Positions 7,783-12,882 of a stretch of DNA of 14,233 bases are shown in pieces. Position numbers and translations under genes: made by a program. The DNA comes from Armatimonadota bacterium. GTDB taxonomy: Bacteria > Sysuimicrobiota > Sysuimicrobiia > Sysuimicrobiales > Humicultoraceae. Where the stretch lies: NCBI GenBank assembly GCA_052386995.1, contig JBQTJP010000133.1, forward strand, positions 1 through 14,233, read 5' to 3'. The notes beneath the pieces were generated by a model. It worked only from the letters and a program-made list of their open reading frames with translations. It made no database searches and had not been told where the DNA came from. The first letter of the stretch is position 1; each line of letters opens with the position of its first letter.

Positions 7783-8370
7783 TCACCACGGTGAGGAGTA
7801 GCGCTCTTCCTTCCATGGATCTCCACGCATATTGTAGCCGTTGCGCTCCCAGAAGCCGGCGCGGTCGTTTGCCATCAGCTCGATGCCCCGCACCCACTTC
7901 GCGCTCTTCCAGAAATACAGGCGCGGCACCACGAGGCGCAGCGGCCAGCCGTGCTCGGGCGTCAGGTCTGCGCCGTCCGCGCGATAGGCGAACATGGCGT
8001 CGTCGGCCCGCAGAAACTCCAACGGCAGGTTGGTTTCGTACCCCTGCTCACCGTGCACCATGACGAACATCGCTTCGGGACGGACGACCACCAGATTCAG
8101 GACGGTCTTGGCTGCGACGCCTTCAAACGTGACCCACAGCCGGCTCCACGCGGTGACACAGTGGATGTCGCAGGTCATCGTCGTCTTTGGGAGCGCGATG
8201 AACTCTTTGTAGGTCAACACCTTCGGTTCCTCGACCAGACCAAAGATCCGAAAGTCCCAGGTCGCCGGATCGAGCCGCGGGATGCCGCCGTAGTGAAGCA
8301 CGGGCCATTTCTCGGTGACATACTGCCCGGGGGGCACGCGCCCCGGGGCCTGCCTGGTCTTCACCGCCAT
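7783..8370 (-). CDS. Sulfite-oxidase-like molybdopterin-dependent oxidoreductase (YuiH/MsrP-like catalytic domain, no export signal)
   Basis: SD GGAGG. RVPPGQY...KWPVLH, CDIHCVTAWS (Mo-ligating Cys), EHGWPLRLVVPRLYFWKSAKW and GFWERNGY. Confidence 0.9.
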   Translation of the reverse strand: MAVKTRQAPGRVPPGQYVTEKWPVLHYGGIPRLDPATWDFRIFGLVEEPKVLTYKEFIALPKTTMTCDIHCVTAWSRLWVTFEGVAAKTVLNLVVVRPEAMFVMVHGEQGYETNLPLEFLRADDAMFAYRADGADLTPEHGWPLRLVVPRLYFWKSAKWVRGIELMANDRAGFWERNGYNMRGDPWKEERYSSPW

Positions 8371-8388
8371 GTCCGATCCTCCAGAGCT

Positions 8389-8991
8389 CTAGTATAGTGT
8401 GCGGCCGGCGCGCGATTCGGTGCGCGCGATCTTTACGTTCGCATGGCGCATGGCCGCGTCTGCGCCCTCTGTGATCCACAGGGACACGCCTTCGGCCGCC
8501 CGCGTCACCGCGTCGTCGAGAAGCCGGCGATCGTCGCCCGACGGGCGCTCGAGGACGAACTCGGCGGGATCCACCCCGGCGGGGGGGCGGCCTATGCCAA
8601 TCCGGATGCGGGCAAAGTCGGTCGTACCGAGCGCATCGATGATCGACCGAAGGCCATTGTGTCCGCCATGACTGCCCCGCTCGCGCATCCGCACCGCCCC
8701 GGCGGGCAGATCAAGGTCGTCGACGACAATCAGGAGATGCTCGGGCGCAATCCGGTGGCGGCGGCGCAAATCGGCGACGGCGGTCCCGCTCACATTGACG
8801 TAGGTTTGCGGCCTTGCCAGGAGCACGCGCCGTCTGCCAATGACGCCTCGGCCCGTCTCGGCCCAGCCATCTTCGGCCGCGATGCGGATGTCGTGCTCGC
8901 GCGCAAGGCGGTCGAGCACCTCCCAGCCAATGTTGTGCCGGGTGCCGCGGTACCGCCGTCCGGGGTTGCCAAGACCGATGACCAGTCGCAT
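8389..8991 (-). CDS. pth: Peptidyl-tRNA hydrolase
   Basis: LVIGLGNPGRRYRGTRHNIG, PQTYVNVSG, VDDLDL, GGHNGLRS and RIRIGIGRP. SD AGGAG. Lies downstream of rplY, a conserved arrangement. Confidence 0.97.
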   Translation of the reverse strand: MRLVIGLGNPGRRYRGTRHNIGWEVLDRLAREHDIRIAAEDGWAETGRGVIGRRRVLLARPQTYVNVSGTAVADLRRRHRIAPEHLLIVVDDLDLPAGAVRMRERGSHGGHNGLRSIIDALGTTDFARIRIGIGRPPAGVDPAEFVLERPSGDDRRLLDDAVTRAAEGVSLWITEGADAAMRHANVKIARTESRAGRTLY

Positions 8992-9015
8992 GCGCGAGAC
9001 AAGCTCCTACCGCCG

Positions 9016-9066
9016 AAAACAAAAAACGGGGACGCCGCACCCGCACAGCGGATACCCGCGCCCCCG
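9016..9066 (-). terminator. Intrinsic terminator between rplY and pth
   Basis: Minus strand: CGGGGGCGC...GCGUCCCCG outer stem, inner GUAUCCGC-UGU-GCGGGUGC stem, followed by UUUUUUGUUUU. Confidence 0.8.
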
Positions 9067-9082
9067 CGGCGGCGGCGGGAAA

Positions 9083-9787
9083 CTATTTCTTCTCCGGTGC
9101 CTTCTCTTTCTCTGCTGGTACCGCAGCGGCCTCGGGGGCGCCCTCGGCCGGCGCGCCTTCCGCGGGCACGCCCTCCGCCGGGACCGCGGCAGCCGCAGCC
9201 GGCGCCACTTCCTCTTCGATGACCTTCAGGGCCACCACGGTCACGATCACGTCTTCCGGCGCCGTCACCAGAGTGACGCCCTCAGGGATGACAAGGTCGC
9301 TCGCGTGCAGCGAGCGCCCGATGACGAGCTCGGTGACGTCCAGCTCGAACTGCTCGGGGATCTGCGTCGGCAGACATTCGACCAGCACCTCGCGGAGGTG
9401 GTGCTCTACCACGCCGCCCTCGGCGATGCCTTTCGCCGTGCCCTTGAGCACGACCGGCACGCGGGTCTCGATCCGCTCGGTGAGCGAGATGGCGTAGAAG
9501 TCGACATGGATGGGATGATGACGGAAGATATCGCGCTGGATCTCCTTGACCATCACGATGGTCGGGTCCGCGCGAACGCCATCACCCAGGTCAAGGTCGA
9601 TCAGAACGTTGAGCCCGGCGTGGGTGTGCAGCACTGCTGTCAGCGCTCTGCTCTCGACGGCAATCGGCTGGGGCGGACGCCCGCGCCCGTAGAGGACCGC
9701 GGGGACACCGCCGCCGCGCCGCACGCTGCGGGCCACGCCCTTGCCGACACCATCGCGGACCGCCGCCTTGAGTCCCACCCGCTCCAT
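9083..9787 (-). CDS. rplY: 50S ribosomal protein L25 / general stress protein Ctc (long form, 234 aa)
   Basis: ATG 9787 with SD GGAGG. GKGVARSVRRGGGVPAVLYG, VKEIQRD...HVDFY and IPEQFELDVTEL, with an Ala/Glu/Pro-rich tail (PAEG x3). Confidence 0.96.
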   Translation of the reverse strand: MERVGLKAAVRDGVGKGVARSVRRGGGVPAVLYGRGRPPQPIAVESRALTAVLHTHAGLNVLIDLDLGDGVRADPTIVMVKEIQRDIFRHHPIHVDFYAISLTERIETRVPVVLKGTAKGIAEGGVVEHHLREVLVECLPTQIPEQFELDVTELVIGRSLHASDLVIPEGVTLVTAPEDVIVTVVALKVIEEEVAPAAAAAVPAEGVPAEGAPAEGAPEAAAVPAEKEKAPEKK

Positions 9788-9843
9788 GTCCTGATCCCTC
9801 CAACACGCGAGAGGCCCCGCCACGCGGGGCCAAAACCTCTGGA

Positions 9844-9852
9844 ATTATAGCA
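9844..9852 (-). promoter_or_regulatory. Extended -10 sigma70/sigmaA promoter of the rplY operon
   Basis: The minus strand reads TG-C-TATAAT (plus-strand attata at 9844-9849), 57 nt upstream of the rplY ATG. Only a weak -35 (TTATCC, 9867-9872) lies at 17-nt spacing. Confidence 0.78.
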
Positions 9853-9887
9853 CGCGCCTGCGCCGGGGATAAGGCCCGCGCACGGCA

Positions 9888-10535
9888 TCACCGCGGATGT
9901 GTAGCCAGGGCCCTGTCGAAGGCCATCACCGCCGCCAGTCCCGCCACGATGCCCACGGTGACCTGGACCAGATTGTAGGGTACTTCCGCCAGGGCCGCGG
10001 GCGGGCCCAGACCGAGCACGTACGCCTGGGACACGAAGTAGCCTGCGACCATCACCAGTCCGCCGCTGATCATTCCCGCGACGCGCGCGGCGGCGCGCCC
10101 TCCCTGCCGCCGAGCCAGCAGCGCCAGCCCGCCCAACGCGGCGATCAGCAAGACACCTCCAGCGATCCGAACCGCGGCCGCCTCAATGGTAAACAACGGC
10201 AGCGCCGCGGCGGCGCCCGCGACCAGCCCGATGGTCCACACCCGCCGGCCCGCCGCGCGCGCAATGATGCCGACGAGCGCGCCCTCCAGGCCCTTGATGA
10301 CCAGGGTGAACGGCGCGTACTGCGCGTAGCCGAGCGTCAAATCGGCGAGCGCCGACCCTATCCCGCCGGCCAGAGCGCCCACCACCGGGCCAAAGAGCAC
10401 CGCGGCCATGTAGACGCCGGCCTCGCCCAAGTTGAAGAACCCTTTGGTTTGCGGGATCGGGAGGACAAAGGCGCGCGTGATGACAAAAACGAGCGCGATC
10501 ATCAGCCCGGTGAGTGCAACATCGCGGGTCTTCAT
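9888..10535 (-). CDS. ECF transporter S component (215 aa)
   Basis: ATG 10535 with GAGG SD. LMIALVFVIT, IPQTKGFFNLGE, GGIGSALADLTLGYAQYAPFTLVIKG, VMVAGYF and EVPYNLVQ are typical of COG4720-like S components. The extension to 11558 in the ORF track is the antisense shadow of the MBL gene. Confidence 0.88.
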   Translation of the reverse strand: MKTRDVALTGLMIALVFVITRAFVLPIPQTKGFFNLGEAGVYMAAVLFGPVVGALAGGIGSALADLTLGYAQYAPFTLVIKGLEGALVGIIARAAGRRVWTIGLVAGAAAALPLFTIEAAAVRIAGGVLLIAALGGLALLARRQGGRAAARVAGMISGGLVMVAGYFVSQAYVLGLGPPAALAEVPYNLVQVTVGIVAGLAAVMAFDRALATHPR

Positions 10536-10622
10536 CGCCTCGGCCCCCTGACCGGCCCCAGTAGCCTGCCACCGTTTACCATGCGTGCAACCTGCGGTCC
10601 TGCAATTCATGACTCCTCGGTC

Positions 10623-10633
10623 TGTGGTATGGT
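10623..10633 (+). promoter_or_regulatory. Putative extended -10 promoter for a leaderless MBL-hydrolase mRNA
   Basis: TGTG-G-TATGGT (hexamer at 10628-10633) lies 7 nt before ATG 10641, with no strong SD. Confidence 0.5.
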
Positions 10634-10640
10634 GGACCAG

Positions 10641-11582
10641 ATGCCGCGCATCGAACGTCTCGCCGACGACCTGATTCTCATCGACACGGAGTACAATCAG
10701 ACGCCGCAGGCCATCGGGGTCTTCCTCCTGCTCGGGGATCCTCCCGGGCTGATCGAGACGGGTCCCGCGTCCACGGTGGACATGCTGCTGGACGGTGTGC
10801 GGGCCGCGGGGGTGGATCCGCGTGACTTGGGCGCCATCGCCGTCACACACATCCATCTCGATCACGCGGGCGCGGCGGGCACGCTCGTCGAGCGATTCCC
10901 GCAGCTGCATGTCTACGTGCACCCGGTGGGGGCGCCGCATCTCGTTGATCCCACGCGCCTGATGGCAAGCGCCGGCCGCCTGTACGGCGAGACCCTCGAC
11001 CGGCTCCTTGGCCGCCTTGTCGCCATTCCCCCCGATCATGTGCACGCCCTGGAGGACGGCGGGCAGATTACCCTGGGGAAACGGCGGCTCGTGGCGATTG
11101 GCACTCCGGGGCACGCGCGCCATCATCTGGCCTACCTCGACGAGGCCTCGGGTGATCTCTTCGCCGGCGACGCTGCGGGTGTAGCACTGCCCGGATCGCG
11201 CTACGTGCGTCCGCCGACGCCGCCCCCCGAGCTCGATATCCCCGCCTGGGATGCGACCATCGCGCGGATACGAAGCCGTCGTGCACGGCGCCTCCTGCTG
11301 ACGCACTACGGGGCGCACACCTGGGTCGATGCGCTGCTCACTCAGCTCCAAGAGCGGCTTCACGCGAGCGAGCGGTTGGTACGCGAGGCGCTCAACGCAG
11401 GAGACAACGAAGCGGCCATAGTCGAGCGGCTGCGCTCGGCGGCCGCGGCAGAGGTCAGGGCGCTCGACGGGGCCGCGAGCGCCGCCCGCTTTGAAGTGAT
11501 CATGGCCACCTGGCAGAGCGCGCTTGGACTTGTCCGCTACGTCAAGACGCACCCTCAACCCGTCGAGCGTTCGGGCAGCTGA
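10641..11582 (+). CDS. MBL-fold metallo-hydrolase (313 aa)
   Basis: LIETGP, THIHLDHAG (HxHxDH), TPGHARHH, LFAGD and LLTHYG. Start at ATG 10641 (alternative 10629). The extension to 9897 is the antisense shadow of the ECF gene. Confidence 0.92.
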   Translation: MPRIERLADDLILIDTEYNQTPQAIGVFLLLGDPPGLIETGPASTVDMLLDGVRAAGVDPRDLGAIAVTHIHLDHAGAAGTLVERFPQLHVYVHPVGAPHLVDPTRLMASAGRLYGETLDRLLGRLVAIPPDHVHALEDGGQITLGKRRLVAIGTPGHARHHLAYLDEASGDLFAGDAAGVALPGSRYVRPPTPPPELDIPAWDATIARIRSRRARRLLLTHYGAHTWVDALLTQLQERLHASERLVREALNAGDNEAAIVERLRSAAAAEVRALDGAASAARFEVIMATWQSALGLVRYVKTHPQPVERSGS

Positions 11583-11661
11583 GCCCGCAGAACCGTCCGC
11601 CCCCCCGACTCAGATCGGCCCAATGTGGGGACAATTGCCATTAAGCGAGCAAAACTGAATA

Positions 11662-11748
11662 CCTCCGAAAAGGCGACCCCGGAGCGATCCGCGGGGCGCA
11701 AAGCTTCAGGACCCGGTACCGCCGGGCCGGCTGAGCTGCCGAAGAGGG
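11662..11748 (+). ncRNA. Cyclic di-GMP-I (GEMM-I) riboswitch aptamer
   Basis: CCUCCG-AAAA-GGC-GAC-CCCGGA[GCGA]UCCG(C)GG-GGC-GC-AAA-GCUUCAG-GA-CCCGG[UACCG]CCGGG-CCGG-CUGAGC-UGCC-GAAGAGG. This reproduces the GEMM layout: AAGGC...GNRA-capped P2...CGCAAAGC, then P3, then UGCCG, closed by P1. It sits in the 5' UTR of a pilin operon. Confidence 0.85.
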
Positions 11749-11791
11749 CGACACGAGCGTGACGCCCTCTTCATGCGTTCTGCGAGGGGCG
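11741..11791 (+). promoter_or_regulatory. Riboswitch expression platform (hairpin competing with P1; anti-SD/SD pairing)
   Basis: GAAGAGGGCG-A-CAC[GAGC]GUG-A-CGCCCUCUUC hairpin (11741-11772) uses the 3' strand of P1. Its 3' arm CGCCCUC (11763-11769) can alternatively pair with the SD region GAGGGGCG (11784-11791). Confidence 0.7.
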
Positions 11792-11794
11792 CAG

Positions 11795-12253
11795 ATGGGG
11801 GTGGCGCGCATCGTGGGCAGACGGAACAGACAGTCAGGATTCACAACGCTTGAGGTCCTGGTAGCACTTTCGCTCTTCTCGTATGTGCTTGTCGCCATCA
11901 TTGGCCTGCTGATCGGATCGGTTTCCACTGGCGCCACCGCGGAAGCGTCGTCGATCGCGTCGAACCTGGCGCGTCAGCGACTCGAGGAGCTCTCGGGGGT
12001 GGTTGCGCAGAGCGGCATCCCTGCGCCCGCTCCCACACCCATGGGTATCGCCGTCCCAGCCGGAGGGCGGACCTATACGGTTGCCACGACGCTGTCGGAT
12101 CTTGGGAACAACGTCGTGAATGTCCAGGTGACGGTCTCCTATCAGGTCACATACGCCTCCGCGTGCGTCGCCACGGCCGCCGGCGGCGAGTCGTGCACGG
12201 GCAACACGAGAACCTATGATCGTGTGCTCCAGACCCGGGTGCGCCGGCCTTGA
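11795..12253 (+). CDS. Type IV minor pilin, PilV/GspI-like prepilin (about 152 aa)
   Basis: Class III signal peptide RRNRQSG|FTTLEVLVALSLFSYVLVAIIGLL (G-1, F+1, E+5), then ASNLARQRLEEL, VNVQVTVSY and a Cys pair. ATG 11795 follows SD GAGGGG; GTG 11801 and 11813 are alternatives. Confidence 0.82.
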   Translation: MGVARIVGRRNRQSGFTTLEVLVALSLFSYVLVAIIGLLIGSVSTGATAEASSIASNLARQRLEELSGVVAQSGIPAPAPTPMGIAVPAGGRTYTVATTLSDLGNNVVNVQVTVSYQVTYASACVATAAGGESCTGNTRTYDRVLQTRVRRP

Positions 12254-12882
12254 GCGGATTCCCATACCGATCCGCGGGCGAGGCGGGCCATACCCTCGTC
12301 GAGGTCATGGCCGGGGTCGTCATTATGGGGCTGGCGATCCTCACGCTCTATCAGGTCTTCATCCCGACCTTGGCCCTCTCGCACAGCACGACCGTGCGCC
12401 TCGAGCGGCAGCAGGACGTTCGCCTCGCCATTGACCGCATGACGCGCGACCTCCACGAGACGGCGGCGACCCGCGTCGTCGTCTACGGCGCGGGAAACGG
12501 GTGCGCGGAGGCGTATGAGGGATGCATCGGGTTCGTCACACCGCGGCAAGATTGCTCGGGCGCGTTCCAGCTCGCGGGCGGCTTTCCCAGCTGGCAGGCC
12601 ACCATCTACATGTGGCGCGATGTCGCCTCGAACGAGCTGCGGCTACGATGCGACACGACTACGACGGTTCCGGTCAGTGTGTGGCCGCCGGTACTCACAC
12701 CGCACTCGGTGATTGGAACGCGCGTCATCCAGGCGGCGTTTACGCTTCAACCCGCCGGCAGCCCAAGCCCCACGTCCATCGCGGTCATGCTCCGGGAGCA
12801 GTCCGAGATGGCCTCACGGCCCTCGCGCAGGTATCAGACGGAATTCGTGAACCAGACGATCCTGCTCCCACAAAATCGATGA
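12250..12882 (+). CDS. Type IV minor pilin, PilW/GspJ-like prepilin (210 aa)
   Basis: TTG start overlaps the upstream stop (TTGA). GEAG|HTLVEVMAGVVIMGLAILTLY (E+5), QQDVRLAIDRMTRDL helix and four Cys. Confidence 0.82.
   Translation: MSGFPYRSAGEAGHTLVEVMAGVVIMGLAILTLYQVFIPTLALSHSTTVRLERQQDVRLAIDRMTRDLHETAATRVVVYGAGNGCAEAYEGCIGFVTPRQDCSGAFQLAGGFPSWQATIYMWRDVASNELRLRCDTTTTVPVSVWPPVLTPHSVIGTRVIQAAFTLQPAGSPSPTSIAVMLREQSEMASRPSRRYQTEFVNQTILLPQNR

Noticed and set aside
9100..9210. PAEG-type 15-bp repeats at the rplY 3' end
   Set aside because: Low-complexity acidic Ala/Pro tails are ordinary in long-form L25/Ctc proteins.
8443..9850. Long plus-strand ORFs opposite pth and rplY (and similar shadows elsewhere, e.g. 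2101-2965, 4834-5571, 13239-13775)
   Set aside because: Antisense to well-supported genes, with no recognisable motifs or SD sequences.
9888..11582. Two fully overlapping antiparallel ORFs of about 560 aa
   Set aside because: Each is one real gene plus the stop-free antisense shadow of its divergent neighbour, as expected at high GC. Family motifs occur only in the 3' portion of each.
11621..11660. Promoter candidates upstream of the riboswitch (TTGCCA; sigma54-like TGGGGACAATTGC)
   Set aside because: TTGCCA has no acceptable -10 at 16-18 nt, and the GG/GC spacing does not fit -24/-12. A promoter is likely here but I cannot place it.
11662..11748. c-AMP-GMP (GEMM-Ib) specificity for the riboswitch
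   Set aside because: The position equivalent to Vc2 nucleotide 20 is G, not A, by my alignment. Binding data are still needed.
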